This document shows, piece by piece, positions 40,101 to 50,369 of a stretch of 64,000 bases of DNA (its first letter is position 1; each line of letters begins with the position of its first letter). Position numbers and translations under genes: made by a program. The stretch covers positions 1,984,001 through 2,048,000 of the forward strand of contig OZ244052.1 in assembly GCA_965215125.1 (NCBI GenBank). Direction: 5' to 3'. Under the pieces are notes generated by a model, which ran no database searches, was not told the DNA's origin, and was given only the letters and a program-made list of their open reading frames with translations. The stretch comes from an uncultured candidatus Porisulfidus sp. Its GTDB lineage: Bacteria > Pseudomonadota > Gammaproteobacteria > Poriferisulfidales > Oxydemutatoraceae.

Positions 40101-43100
40101 GACATATCGGAGATTACGGTGTTTGAAAACGGTAATATGGATACCGACGACACGGTCGATGAGGGGAGCCAAATCACCCTAAGTCCTACGATTGACAACG
40201 GCACCGGAAACTATCGTTATGAAGTACGAATAGACGGAGAACCTACGGAACCCGTGACACGGAGCTCTTCGTCGATAACGATCAAGCTACCTACCAATCT
40301 AGTTAGCGGAGATGAGCTTGTTGAATTCAAGCTGGTAGTTGAAGAGTTTTTCTCTCGTTTTTCTATAATCACGAGTGCAACCAAAGTATTGACGGTTCGG
40401 CAGATTGACAACGGATCTCCGGACATAGAATTCGGAGTAAATGCAGACGAGCTATTTGTTTCTATAAAAGATCCGGACGGTGACGGCACCGCCTCGTATC
40501 GATGGCAACGACTTAATTATGATAACGGCAATCCGCAATGGGTTGACCTTCCTTCGGAGACGAATGGGACCTTAAATCCGTCGCCGGAAGTCAATGCTGT
40601 GTTGAATCCGACAGCCAGTTTGCGCTATCGCGTCGAAGTGACTTATCGTGATGCACAAGGCTATGAAACCGTTGAATTAGTACACTTCGCATATAGACAA
40701 GAAGCCGACGACGACAACGACGGGCTGATAGAAATTTACTATTTAGAGGATTTGGACGCAATACGCTACCAATTCGATGGTAGTGGCTATAGAGGAAGCT
40801 CGGTGGCGAACAAAATAATTAGAGGTTGTCCCGACGATGGTTGCATCGGCTACGAGTTGGCAAGAAGCTTGGACTTTAACGACGACGCAAGCTATGTTTC
40901 AACAGCCAACAAAGTAATATGGACTGCCGATAAAGAGAAAACGAATGTAGGTTGGCCACCGATTGACAGTATCAGTACTTCCATTATAGTGATATTGGAT
41001 GGGAATGGTCGTGCCATCTCTAATTTATATATCGATCAATCAATACCATTCGCAGGATTATTCGGCCGAGTGATTAACCCTAAATCCGAGATTAGAAATA
41101 TTCGTTTGTTGGATGTGGACATTCAGGGCACTTTTTCCGTAGGTGGATTGGTTGCTCTTAATGCCGGCTATATTAGTAATAGCCGTATCACCGGCAGCAT
41201 CTCGGGGAGCGAGAACGGTATAGGCGGATTGATCGGTACTAACAGCGGTGAAATCAAAGCGAGTTCTGCGAGTGGCACTGTCACAGGAAATACGCGTGTA
41301 GGTGGATTAATAGGTGACAACAGTGCCATTGTTATCGATAGCTATTCCGATAGCACGGTGAATGGCACGGAAGATAACAATGAAAACATCGGCGGACTAG
41401 CAGGTAGAAATCTAGGTTTGATTGTCGGTAGCTATGCGAGCGGTAGCGTTGAAGGTCGTAACGATGTAGGTGGTTTAGTGGGATTTAATGATGCCGATAG
41501 CTCATCAATCGGTAGAATTTTCAACAGCTATGCGAGCGGCAATGCGAGCGGCACAGAAGACGATAACCAAAACATCGGCGGGTTGGTCGGCATCAATAAA
41601 GGGGTCATCACAAACACTTATGCCGCGGGCAATGTATCGGGTGTTTCAAATGCAGGTGGTTTAATCGGTCTATCGGAGCGCGGCATGATTAAAAACAGTT
41701 ATACGATCGGTGCGGTGAGCGGCACCGGAGACGATAACCAAAACATCGGTGGGATAGTCGGTGCGACTTCGGGCACTGTTACCATCGTCGCAAGCTATTG
41801 GAGAGACACCGGTGGGCAGGCTACTTCCGTCGGTAGCACGAATAAAACTGCGATGGAATTGCAATCGCCGACTGCTCCGGGGAGTACTTCAACCGAGATT
41901 TATTACAACTGGAATCCCGACTATCCGGCACATGCCGATTGGGATTTCGGAGACTCGCAGACCTATCCGGCACTTCGCTATGCCGTCGGTCCCGACGAAG
42001 ATAACGCTGCTTGCGACGATGACCCCGATACGATATTGCCTCAATGTAGCTTATTGTTGCCCGATCAACCCGGTCGCGATCGGGGTTTGGATTTCGTGTT
42101 TTTCTTGCCCGACCTTAACAACGCTATTATAGAACAGCAGCCGTCGTTCTCTCCGCTTGTCGACGAATATAAGCTCTTCGTTGCCGGTAATTTGAATACC
42201 ATACAGCTGAGGCCGTTTGCGGTCAATGGTGGTGCTACAGCGATTAAAATCATAAAAGACGAAGAGAGCCCCGAAGAGAATTATTTTGCCGGCATGAATA
42301 GCGGCGATACGAGTGGAGAAATAACTTTGAACGATATGACGACCACTCTAATCGTTACGACTGCGGATACGATAAACGGGATTGGCGATGAAAGCACTTA
42401 TAGATTTACGATAGAGAAAGTTTTACCACTTGTCATATCGGATATAGAAATAGTCTCGCCGAATAACGACGGCACGGTGAATGAAGGGATTGATATCACG
42501 CTACACCCTAAAGTTACCGGTGGTATAGGTAATTACCGCTATAAAGTGGAGACAACACCAACGGTGACATTTGTCTCTCAAACTCCCTCTGCCGTAAAAA
42601 TTCGGTTTGCCGCCAATCTCGTACCTGCAGATAAAACAACGCGCAGCGCAATCATAAAGCTAACGGTTACAGAGACCATTGACAATAAACTTTATAGTGC
42701 TAACCGAACCAAGCGGATCGTAGTTAAGCGGATTAACAACGGAAATCCTATTTTAACGCCGTTAGTACGCCAAAATAACCTACTAGATGTTACCATCTTT
42801 CTCGGTAATGGAGATCCCGATGGTGGGCTCCCGGGCATTACCGACACTAGATGGCGAAGACTCGATTATAACGATGGCAACCCACAATGGACCGATATTA
42901 CTACGTTTAGCAGGTTTCCCCATAGGACAGGCTATCAAGTACCGAGCAATGAACTTGTCACTACCCGCTATCGTGTGGATGTGACGCATACGGACGGACA
43001 AAGCTATCAATTTAGCAGGAGTTTTTGGTTTAGATTTACACTCGACGACGACGACGATGGATTAATAGATATCTACTATTTAGAGGATTTGGATGCAATT

Positions 43101-46100
43101 CGTGATAATCCATCGGTTGATCAAGATAACATATATAGAGATAGGCGATACACACTTGACACATTTAACCGACTGGGCTGCAGTTTGACCGATAGAGTAT
43201 GCGTTGGTTATGAATTGAGAAGAAGCCTGGATTTCTTTGATGATGCAAGCTATATTTTAACTTCAAACAAAATATTATGGACACAAGCGGGCGGTGGTGC
43301 CGGCTGGCAGCCGATAGGAGATCTCGGCAATCCGTTCAATACAAGATTTAATTCTACCGATACACTTGTTATTAGTAATTTATTTATCAACAGGCCCGAT
43401 GAGGATTATGTCGGTTTATTCGGTGTGACCAACGGTCAAATCTCGGGTGTGGATTTGAGAAATGTAAACATTGGTGGGCGGTTCGTAGTGGGAGGCATTG
43501 CCGGAATGTCTTTAGCATCAAGCCTAATTTCCGACAGTTCGGTAGACGGCACGGTTTCGGGTAACGATGCTTGGATCGGTGGTTTGGTCGGGACGCATTA
43601 CGGCGCAATCGTCAACAGCCATGCACGAGGCGAGGTCATCGGCGACACCAGCGTCGGTGGTTTGGCAGGTTATGCGCTCGGTCCGATCACCAATAGCTAT
43701 GCGCATAGCACCATAAGGTCTCAAGCCTATAGCGGTGGTTTGGTTGGCTATCATCAAGGACAATGGGGGATCACCAATAGTTATGCAAGCGGCAGTGTGG
43801 AGAGTGTTTTTTATGTAGGTGGTTTGGTCGGCTATAACGATGGAGGTATCATTGCCAATGCGTATGCGCTCGGTGATGTGGTCGGCGGTACCAATGTAGG
43901 TGGTTTGGTCGGTTATAACGACGGTGGGGAGATTTCTGCAACTTATGCACTCGGCAACATCACCGGCGCATATCATGTGGACGGTTTGGCGGGAGATCGA
44001 AATGGCGGTTCAATCACCGACAGTTATACCGCCATGCAACTGGAGGCTAATCTTGCCTCGTCAAACTGGTCGGCGGATAACTGGGCTACCGACGGCGCGA
44101 ATCGACCGAAGCTCAAATATGGAGGAAGTGTGTCGGGAGACGATGCAAGCGAGCGCAAAGATAGATACGGATATACCGTGTGTGGTGGTGAGAACATGCC
44201 GTCTTGCGGTGATGCAATTCCCGACCAAAATGTAGCAGTCGGCAAGTTGCTTGCATTGAGCGAATTAACTTTATCGGTGGGCACACTGGAACCGCCGTTT
44301 GATCCTTCGGTTAACGAGTACGAGCTTTTTGATATTTCCGGGCTGCAAACGACAGTGATGGCAGTAGCAAATAATACGACTGTAACCGTTGCTATAGGCT
44401 TAGGTAGTCAAACGATATCAATGAATAGTCAAGCATCGCTAACGGTTCAATTAGCCGAACTGCCGGCTGCGAACATCGTCGTCACATTGACGGCATCGGA
44501 TCAAACCACGAATACATATACGATAACCCTGCCTACGCAACCCGATTTAAGCGGTAATCCCCTAGCTTCGTGCAATGCAACGGATATAGACACGGACGAC
44601 GACGGTCTGATAGAGATTTGCGACATAGAAGGCTTATATGGAATACGTTATCAATTAAACAGGTTGCCGAGGACTTGTGGAGAAAGTGACGACGAGACAT
44701 GCAAAGGCTATGAACTGGAGCGTAATTTAGACTTTGATACCGATGTTTCATACCGTAATCCGCAGACGAACAAGGCGATATGGAGCGAGGGTAGGGGCTG
44801 GCGTCCGATCGGGACTTTTGCGAAGCCGTTTAATGTAATTTTCAATGCCAACGACCACACCATTGCAAACTTAAGGATCGATAGCACGCACCGAGACTAT
44901 GTGGGCATGTTCGGTCATATTAGTACTAATGCGAAAATAGAAGACACTGAATTGGCGGATGCGTCCGTACAAGGTAGGTCTTCGGTCGGTGCGTTGGTCG
45001 GTTCTAATGACGGTGGCACGATCATCGATAGCCATACGAGCAACGTTGCGACAACGACATTGGTAATAGGAAGCGGGATACGGGTCGGTGGTTTGGTCGG
45101 TGATCATAAAGGTATAGTTGAGCATGACAGTTATACGAGTGGCATTGTGCGAGGCAACAGGTCGGTCGGTGGCTTGGTGGGTTATTTCAGAGGACTGGAC
45201 AGCGGAGAGAATGCGTTGAATCACGGGATTATCAACAGCTATGCCGAGAGTGCCGTACACGGGAGGGTATTTAGCGGCGGTTTGGTCGGAACCAACCTCA
45301 ACAGGATCATCAACAGCTATGCGATTGGTGATGTGCAAGGTATTTACTACACCGGTGGCTTGGTGGGCTTCAATGGCGGTACCATCACGAACACCTATGC
45401 GTACGGTGATGTCAACGGTTGGGAGATTGTCGGTGGCTTGGTAGCCGACAATAGAGCCCCCGGTTCCATAGTCAATAGTTATACGATCGGTACGGTGTCG
45501 GGACAACGTTCCGTAAGTGTACTGGTCGGTAATAATAGCGGTACGATCGGCTATAGTTACGGTGTCGGTGATCTGGGTTTGGTAGCTTCGGATTTTGGTG
45601 GGACGACTACGAATAGTAATGTTGTTGTAGACTCTGCGGAACTTCAAACCTCTATCGGCGGATGGGATGCGGAAAACGAATGGAGTTTTGAGGACGGTAA
45701 ATACCCTGCCCTCAGATATAGAACGAGTGCCGGCTGCGAGAGTGATTTGTCATGCGGGCAATTGTTACGCGGACAATTGCCGGAATTGGTTTCACTAACG
45801 GTTGTAGAACCTGAGATTGCAAGATTATCTATGCAAAACGAGTTCAGCTATTTATTAAGAATTGCCGAGGATATCACTAGGATTATATTGACCTCGAAAA
45901 CCGATGATGCTACTACGGTTAGCTATAGCATAAACAATGTGGATTTCAATGCGATGGCAAGCGGAGATTCGTTGACGATTGATCCATTACCTAAGACAGC
46001 AACGGCAATTACAATCAGATTGGAGTCATCGGATGCCGGTCTCAGATCGGTAGATTATATAGTTGAGATAGAAAGAATACAAAGTATACGGGCTCTTATC

Positions 46101-46148
46101 CAAGTCAGAGTATTTTTAGAAGGCTCCTTGCGGGAAATCTCACCCTAA
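37110..46148 (+). CDS. giant (3012 aa) secreted modular protein with GLUG-type repeats and beta-sandwich spacers
   Basis: Sec signal peptide; five DxDxDGLI(E/D)I...GYEL modules, each followed by VGGLVG-N repeats; Ig/cadherin-like stretches. Confidence 0.85.
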   Translation: MKPLLIILFALFSTNLMAQTDIDRDGDGLIDINHLEDLDEIRHHLNGLPPACGENNNEAYRGYELIRSLGFNDDTRYLDADANKERWTTGAGWQPIGDFDNPFNALFMASTETLTISNLTIDKRSESSIGLFGVSFGGIADIHLSDVSFKGYSVVGGLVNDNQGVVNQSYRQANEAISDNGVGEAQDDLQRVSSFSEWSSANWDFTAGEYPGLQYAVGNDEDGPACETPPPDTELPNCGALLAEQRFELERIELVGAGLLPDFDLAIDNYVAGVSAETTNVMIIVRANRKDTPIRINGNVVSVDAVNVVELAEAGNTQIEVVSVAEATTYTIVVRKITLPPCHALIEFPDDNDGIAQTIDIDKNNNGLIEICDLEGLDEIRYRLNGTGYKTSADAVVIMTGCPADGCRGYELTKDLDFTDNDSYRIADNKVIWTADKDRTNSGWTPIDPRAPLTAIFEGNNHTIANLYINMNDSVTIGLFSVIRSEIRNVNLSNVDINGFTIVGGLVGLNGGLIINSRMTGSVSATLSNLGGLVGVNGVNAEISNSSASGTVTGPATVGGLVGLNISIIRNSFASGIVTGTDSVGGLSGITGNDGLVINSHADSTVNGTEMDDTGIGGLIGTSSGFIMGSHASGAVNVDAQGNDTGVGGLVGQNSSLIINSYATGATRGHSSVGGLVGLSEEGMSGSLMTIINSYATGDASGTGNNNKNIGGLIGHNNKARIINTYAEGDVSGISNAGGLIGLSTSGTIENSYTIGAVRGTGDDNKNIGGMVGATSDTVIITASYWNRDTGGQATSASGTSKTRMELQSPTAPGSTSTEIYYNWNPDYPAHADWDFGDSQTYPALRYAVGPDEDNAACDDDPDTILPQCSLLLPDQPGRDRGLDFVFFLLDADDAILELEPSLSPLVNEYKLFVAGDLNTIRLRPFAVNGGATTIKIIKDEESPEENYFAGMNSGDTSSTITLDDATTPLVVTVAETINSLEIENVYRFGITKVSPSDISEITVFENGNMDTDDTVDEGSQITLSPTIDNGTGNYRYEVRIDGEPTEPVTRSSSSITIKLPTNLVSGDELVEFKLVVEEFFSRFSIITSATKVLTVRQIDNGSPDIEFGVNADELFVSIKDPDGDGTASYRWQRLNYDNGNPQWVDLPSETNGTLNPSPEVNAVLNPTASLRYRVEVTYRDAQGYETVELVHFAYRQEADDDNDGLIEIYYLEDLDAIRYQFDGSGYRGSSVANKIIRGCPDDGCIGYELARSLDFNDDASYVSTANKVIWTADKEKTNVGWPPIDSISTSIIVILDGNGRAISNLYIDQSIPFAGLFGRVINPKSEIRNIRLLDVDIQGTFSVGGLVALNAGYISNSRITGSISGSENGIGGLIGTNSGEIKASSASGTVTGNTRVGGLIGDNSAIVIDSYSDSTVNGTEDNNENIGGLAGRNLGLIVGSYASGSVEGRNDVGGLVGFNDADSSSIGRIFNSYASGNASGTEDDNQNIGGLVGINKGVITNTYAAGNVSGVSNAGGLIGLSERGMIKNSYTIGAVSGTGDDNQNIGGIVGATSGTVTIVASYWRDTGGQATSVGSTNKTAMELQSPTAPGSTSTEIYYNWNPDYPAHADWDFGDSQTYPALRYAVGPDEDNAACDDDPDTILPQCSLLLPDQPGRDRGLDFVFFLPDLNNAIIEQQPSFSPLVDEYKLFVAGNLNTIQLRPFAVNGGATAIKIIKDEESPEENYFAGMNSGDTSGEITLNDMTTTLIVTTADTINGIGDESTYRFTIEKVLPLVISDIEIVSPNNDGTVNEGIDITLHPKVTGGIGNYRYKVETTPTVTFVSQTPSAVKIRFAANLVPADKTTRSAIIKLTVTETIDNKLYSANRTKRIVVKRINNGNPILTPLVRQNNLLDVTIFLGNGDPDGGLPGITDTRWRRLDYNDGNPQWTDITTFSRFPHRTGYQVPSNELVTTRYRVDVTHTDGQSYQFSRSFWFRFTLDDDDDGLIDIYYLEDLDAIRDNPSVDQDNIYRDRRYTLDTFNRLGCSLTDRVCVGYELRRSLDFFDDASYILTSNKILWTQAGGGAGWQPIGDLGNPFNTRFNSTDTLVISNLFINRPDEDYVGLFGVTNGQISGVDLRNVNIGGRFVVGGIAGMSLASSLISDSSVDGTVSGNDAWIGGLVGTHYGAIVNSHARGEVIGDTSVGGLAGYALGPITNSYAHSTIRSQAYSGGLVGYHQGQWGITNSYASGSVESVFYVGGLVGYNDGGIIANAYALGDVVGGTNVGGLVGYNDGGEISATYALGNITGAYHVDGLAGDRNGGSITDSYTAMQLEANLASSNWSADNWATDGANRPKLKYGGSVSGDDASERKDRYGYTVCGGENMPSCGDAIPDQNVAVGKLLALSELTLSVGTLEPPFDPSVNEYELFDISGLQTTVMAVANNTTVTVAIGLGSQTISMNSQASLTVQLAELPAANIVVTLTASDQTTNTYTITLPTQPDLSGNPLASCNATDIDTDDDGLIEICDIEGLYGIRYQLNRLPRTCGESDDETCKGYELERNLDFDTDVSYRNPQTNKAIWSEGRGWRPIGTFAKPFNVIFNANDHTIANLRIDSTHRDYVGMFGHISTNAKIEDTELADASVQGRSSVGALVGSNDGGTIIDSHTSNVATTTLVIGSGIRVGGLVGDHKGIVEHDSYTSGIVRGNRSVGGLVGYFRGLDSGENALNHGIINSYAESAVHGRVFSGGLVGTNLNRIINSYAIGDVQGIYYTGGLVGFNGGTITNTYAYGDVNGWEIVGGLVADNRAPGSIVNSYTIGTVSGQRSVSVLVGNNSGTIGYSYGVGDLGLVASDFGGTTTNSNVVVDSAELQTSIGGWDAENEWSFEDGKYPALRYRTSAGCESDLSCGQLLRGQLPELVSLTVVEPEIARLSMQNEFSYLLRIAEDITRIILTSKTDDATTVSYSINNVDFNAMASGDSLTIDPLPKTATAITIRLESSDAGLRSVDYIVEIERIQSIRALIQVRVFLEGSLREISP

Positions 46149-46174
46149 TACAGAAAATTTTTACCCATTGATTC

Positions 46175-46482
46175 GGGGCTGTTGAAAAAGTATCCACGAA
46201 CTGTAGGACGGTACATTCCCCTCCTTGTAGGGGCGGACTCGTATGTCCGCCCTTAGGGTGGCAGGCTGTGCCTGACGGGGTGGTTGTCAAATATGGAAAC
46301 CATCATCGGGTGGCGCAAAGCGATCGGATTTGTGCAAGTATTAAACTTTAGGACGGACATCATTGAATTGTCGATTGAACCAGTAGGTCAATCGGCAGTG
46401 CTATCCTACCTCTGCGGTAAGTAAACATAAATTGGGTGGGTAAACACATTATTCGTGCAAAACGATATTTTTTCAATACTCC
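46175..46482. mobile_element. MITE-like composite repeat
   Basis: GGGGCTGTTGAAAAAGT left end, degenerate TTTTTTCAATACTCC right end, GATTC directly on both flanks; contains REP 46227-46253. Confidence 0.75.
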
Positions 46483-46661
46483 GATTCCTGCGAATCACAA
46501 CCGCTGACCTTAGCTCATTTTTATGGGTGTTTGCCGTTGCGATACATTTTTTAATTTTTTAAGAGCAGATTGGATAAGGTCGGCTTAAACGGTTTGTATC
46601 CGTCATAGTTGAGTAGGCGACGAATATCTAGTATCCTTTTATAACTTCCTAAAGTTTTTAC

Positions 46662-46748
46662 GGAGAGGTGGCCGAGTGGTTGAAGGCATCGGTCTTGAAA
46701 ACCGAAGATCGCGCAAGCGGTCCGGGGGTTCGAATCCCTCCCTCTCCG
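46662..46748 (+). tRNA. tRNA-Ser(TGA)
   Basis: GGAGAGG/CCTCTCC acceptor stem, TGGCCGAGTGG D arm, TCGGT-CTTGAAA-ACCGA anticodon arm, long variable arm, GGTTCGAATCC. Confidence 0.95.
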
Positions 46749-46862
46749 CCGATATTGCAAGAAGCTAACAATATGGAATTCCTTATTATCATTTAACCGC
46801 AAAAATCATAATATAAACTCATTCAACCTACAGATCGGATTCCTATAGCCTAGATATATTAT

Positions 46863-48164
46863 TTATCGGTTGGGTGTCGCTTTGCTTAGCTTAGGTAATG
46901 TTTCTTGTCCCCAATAGCACACGAGCAAGCCGGACAAAAACATAGATACAACGACCACCCAGAAAGTACTCGTAATTGCACCGTGGATATCGGCGGTTAA
47001 ACCCAAAACGAGCGCGCCGATTCCGTATCCTAAATCGCGCCAGAAACGATAAACGCCGATAGCCGAGCCGCGCCAATTCGGATGGCTGATGTCGTTGACG
47101 GCAGCACTCAGATTAGGATACAACAAAGCCATGCCTAGTCCGGTGATCGCTGCGCTGAGAGACCACCACATTATGTCGTCACCGTATAATTTCATCGCAA
47201 CACCAACGGCGCAAATCCACATTCCCGAGACGATAGGCTTCATACGCCCGATATGGTCGGAAAGTTTTCCGGTCACGGTTTGCAGTGTTCCCCAGACGAA
47301 ACCATAAATGCCGACGACGATACCGATATGGAATAAGCTCAAACCCTGTTCGTATAAATAGACGGGATAGAATACCCAAATGAGCGTATCTACGAATTTT
47401 TCTATCAATCCGGCTTGACTAAAAGTCATCATTCTGCGATCTTGCCAACTCACCCAGACAAAAACCTCCCAAGTAGTCGGTGTGTCGGGGATTGAACGAG
47501 AACCGTAGCAGTATCGGTGTATATTATTTTCCTTTTGCCGACTGCGTGCTTCGGTGTGCATCCACGGCAGTGTTTCCAGTACCCAAACCCAAGCGAATAT
47601 TAATGCCAATGAAATAACTACGATACCGAAAAGTAACAATGCTTCGCGTGGTGGTAGAAGTTCGGACAGATAACCGGTCAGTACACCGGCGATGGCAACT
47701 CCCAAATAGCCGGCAAATTCGTTCAAGCCGATAGCGAGACCGCGTTGATTCAAATGCGTGATATCCATTTTAGAAGTCTGCGTCATAGACCAGCACAGGC
47801 CTTGATTGATGCCGAGTAATATCGTAGAAGCAATAATCCAATTCCAGCCGGGTGCATAAAAGATCATCCACGGCACCGGCAGTGCGGTTATCCAACCGGC
47901 GATTAAAACCGATTTGCGTCCCATCCGCTCGGAAAGGCGGCCGGCAACAAAGTTCAATGTTCCTTTAACAAAACCGAATGTAATGACAAATGCGGAGAGT
48001 AAAGTAAAAGCGTCTTCCGGCATCCTGAATTCGGTTTCGGCTAGTACCGGTACGACGGTGCGCATCACTCCCCATGCCATACCGACGAAGAATACCTGTA
48101 ACAGTAGATGTGTGAACTGCAATCGGTTCGATGCGATGCCGTGCTGATATGTGATTTCTGCCAT
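46863..48164 (-). CDS. MFS transporter
   Basis: About 12 hydrophobic segments; GRLSERMGRK and GKLSDHIGR motif A. Confidence 0.9.
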   Translation of the reverse strand: MAEITYQHGIASNRLQFTHLLLQVFFVGMAWGVMRTVVPVLAETEFRMPEDAFTLLSAFVITFGFVKGTLNFVAGRLSERMGRKSVLIAGWITALPVPWMIFYAPGWNWIIASTILLGINQGLCWSMTQTSKMDITHLNQRGLAIGLNEFAGYLGVAIAGVLTGYLSELLPPREALLLFGIVVISLALIFAWVWVLETLPWMHTEARSRQKENNIHRYCYGSRSIPDTPTTWEVFVWVSWQDRRMMTFSQAGLIEKFVDTLIWVFYPVYLYEQGLSLFHIGIVVGIYGFVWGTLQTVTGKLSDHIGRMKPIVSGMWICAVGVAMKLYGDDIMWWSLSAAITGLGMALLYPNLSAAVNDISHPNWRGSAIGVYRFWRDLGYGIGALVLGLTADIHGAITSTFWVVVVSMFLSGLLVCYWGQETLPKLSKATPNR

Positions 48165-48237
48165 GATTAAATAGTTCGTGTCTCCAGCGAGAAAATAAGG
48201 AACTATTCTACTATAGTGATTCTTTTTAGATACAGAC

Positions 48238-48307
48238 CATTCCCCTCCTGTGGAGGGGTGGCAGGCGCAATAGAACCGCCGATTAAGCAGTAGGTTAATC
48301 GGCGGTT
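48238..48307. repeat. two fused hairpin repeats downstream of pstB
   Basis: attcccctcctgtggaggggtggcaggcgc followed by aatagaaccgccgattaagcagtaggttaatcggcggttc. Confidence 0.85.
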
Positions 48308-48313
48308 CATATA

Positions 48314-49087
48314 TTAGCCGAAGCGCCCGGTAATATATTGTTCGGTTAGAGTCTCTTTAGGATTTGTGAATATCTCTTCGGTGTCTGCCAATTCAATTAG
48401 AGCACCCAAATGAAAATAAGCGGTTGTTTGCGATACGCGGGCTGCTTGTTGCATAGAATGTGTGACGATAGCAATCGTATAATTTTGTTTTAATTCGTCT
48501 ATTAATTCTTCTATTTTAGCGGTTGCGATGGGGTCTAGAGCGGAACACGGCTCATCCATTAGCACGACTTCGGGATTGATAGAGATCGCCCGTGCGATAC
48601 ATAGACGTTGTTGTTGTCCACCCGAGAGACTGGTTCCGGTTTCTTCTAAACGATCTTTTACTTCATTCCATAGTCCGGCTTTTTCCAAACTCGCATGAAC
48701 GATTTCGTCGAGTACGTGTTGATCGGAGACTAGACCGTGAATACGCGGACCGTAAGCGATATTGTCGTAAATGGACTTAGGAAATGGGTTGGGTTTTTGA
48801 AAAACCATGCCGACTCTGGCTCGCAATTCCACTACATCTATGCCGTCGTTGATATTAATATCATTGAGAAATATCTCACCGGTGATCCGGCAATCGTCTA
48901 TGGTGTCGTTCATTCTATTGAGACAACGCAAGAATGTGGATTTGCCACAACCGGATGGTCCGATCATTGCGATCACTTCGTTGCGTTTTATATCCAGACT
49001 GACATCGTCGATTGCTTGCTTTTTGCCGTAATATACATTTAAGTTTTTGACTTTAATGCAGATATTGCTCTGTGTTTCTTCGGTCAT
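48314..49087 (-). CDS. pstB: phosphate ABC transporter ATPase
   Basis: [42 protein letters not shown]. Confidence 0.97.
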   Translation of the reverse strand: MTEETQSNICIKVKNLNVYYGKKQAIDDVSLDIKRNEVIAMIGPSGCGKSTFLRCLNRMNDTIDDCRITGEIFLNDININDGIDVVELRARVGMVFQKPNPFPKSIYDNIAYGPRIHGLVSDQHVLDEIVHASLEKAGLWNEVKDRLEETGTSLSGGQQQRLCIARAISINPEVVLMDEPCSALDPIATAKIEELIDELKQNYTIAIVTHSMQQAARVSQTTAYFHLGALIELADTEEIFTNPKETLTEQYITGRFG

Positions 49088-49097
49088 AGAGGTGTAT

Positions 49098-50369
49098 TCA
49101 GTATTTTACTTCAAGTGCTTTTCTGGCCAATACCGCCAGTAGGTTCATTGCTATCAGAAACAATAATAGCACTACGATTGCACCTGCGGTGCGGTCTACA
49201 AAAGCGCGTTCGGGGCTGTCTGCCCACAGGTATATCTGTACCGGTAATGCCGTGGCGGGGTCGGTCATGCCTTGGGGAATATCAACGATGAATGCCATCA
49301 TTCCTATAATCAGCAACGGGGCACTTTCCCCTAGTGCTTGCGCCATGCCGATAATGCTACCGGTTAATATACTAGGCATTGCCAAAGGCAACACATGTTG
49401 TGTTGTCGCCTGCATATCGGATGCGCCTAAAGCGAGTGCACCTTCGCGTATAGAAGGCGGTACCGATTTTAGTGCTGCGCGCGCGGCGATAATAATCGTG
49501 GGCAGAGTCATCAGGCTTAGGACTAAGCCTCCTACCAGAGGCGTTGATCTCGGTAGATTAAAAAAGTTTAGGAAAATTACCAAACCTAGTAAACCGAAGA
49601 TTATAGAAGGCACTGCGGCCAAATTATTGATATTGATTTCTATAAAATCGGTGTAGCGATTTTTGGGAGCAAATTCCTCCAAGTAAATTGCCGTAGCGAT
49701 ACCGAGTGGAAAAGAGATTAGAAACGCGACTAGCAAAGCATAGAAAGAACCGACGATTGCACCCAATATGCCGGCGCGTTCGGGATCACGCGAATCGCCG
49801 TTGGTAAAGAAGTTGATATTGAATTTCAATTTAACACGATCTTGCGAGACGAGCTGTTCCGTCCATGCAACCTGTTTTTCGTTGAGTCTAAATGTTCTTC
49901 TGGTAGCAGGCGAATCTCCGCTTTTCATATAGCCATCCAGTTCGTCATCGGCGAGTATATCCAGAGATACCGTCTGCCCCGATGTTTTCGGCAAGTTTTG
50001 AATTATCTCTATGACTTCATATTTGGCACCGTTGCTGATTAATTTTCCTAACGCAAGTTTATCGCCTCTGGACTGGACATCGGGAAACAACCCGTACAGT
50101 GCGGTCTTGATAACATTTTGAACATACAAACTTGATACCGTTTGTTGTCCGCGCACATCGGCGGGAAGGTCGATGTCCAGCTGTATATAGGTCTGTTGAA
50201 AAGCGTTTCTCGCCTGGTAGATTAATCCGCCTATGATGAGCACCAACAGCAATATACCGATTAGTGTGGTAATCATAGCCGCGAGTTTAAACAGTTTCTC
50301 GGTGTAATAACGCCGTCCTAAACCATGTTTTATTTTTTCTATATACGATATGTCGGTACTTTTATTCAT
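49098..50369 (-). CDS. pstA: phosphate ABC transporter permease
   Basis: [33 protein letters not shown]. Confidence 0.95.
   Translation of the reverse strand: MNKSTDISYIEKIKHGLGRRYYTEKLFKLAAMITTLIGILLLVLIIGGLIYQARNAFQQTYIQLDIDLPADVRGQQTVSSLYVQNVIKTALYGLFPDVQSRGDKLALGKLISNGAKYEVIEIIQNLPKTSGQTVSLDILADDELDGYMKSGDSPATRRTFRLNEKQVAWTEQLVSQDRVKLKFNINFFTNGDSRDPERAGILGAIVGSFYALLVAFLISFPLGIATAIYLEEFAPKNRYTDFIEININNLAAVPSIIFGLLGLVIFLNFFNLPRSTPLVGGLVLSLMTLPTIIIAARAALKSVPPSIREGALALGASDMQATTQHVLPLAMPSILTGSIIGMAQALGESAPLLIIGMMAFIVDIPQGMTDPATALPVQIYLWADSPERAFVDRTAGAIVVLLLFLIAMNLLAVLARKALEVKY

Noticed and set aside
37110-46148. Giant gene as a diversity-generating retroelement target, RTX toxin or contact-dependent toxin
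   Set aside because: The duplicate copies differ at mixed, mostly synonymous positions rather than only adenines. There is no reverse transcriptase, no GGxGxD repeat, no RHS core and no immunity gene.
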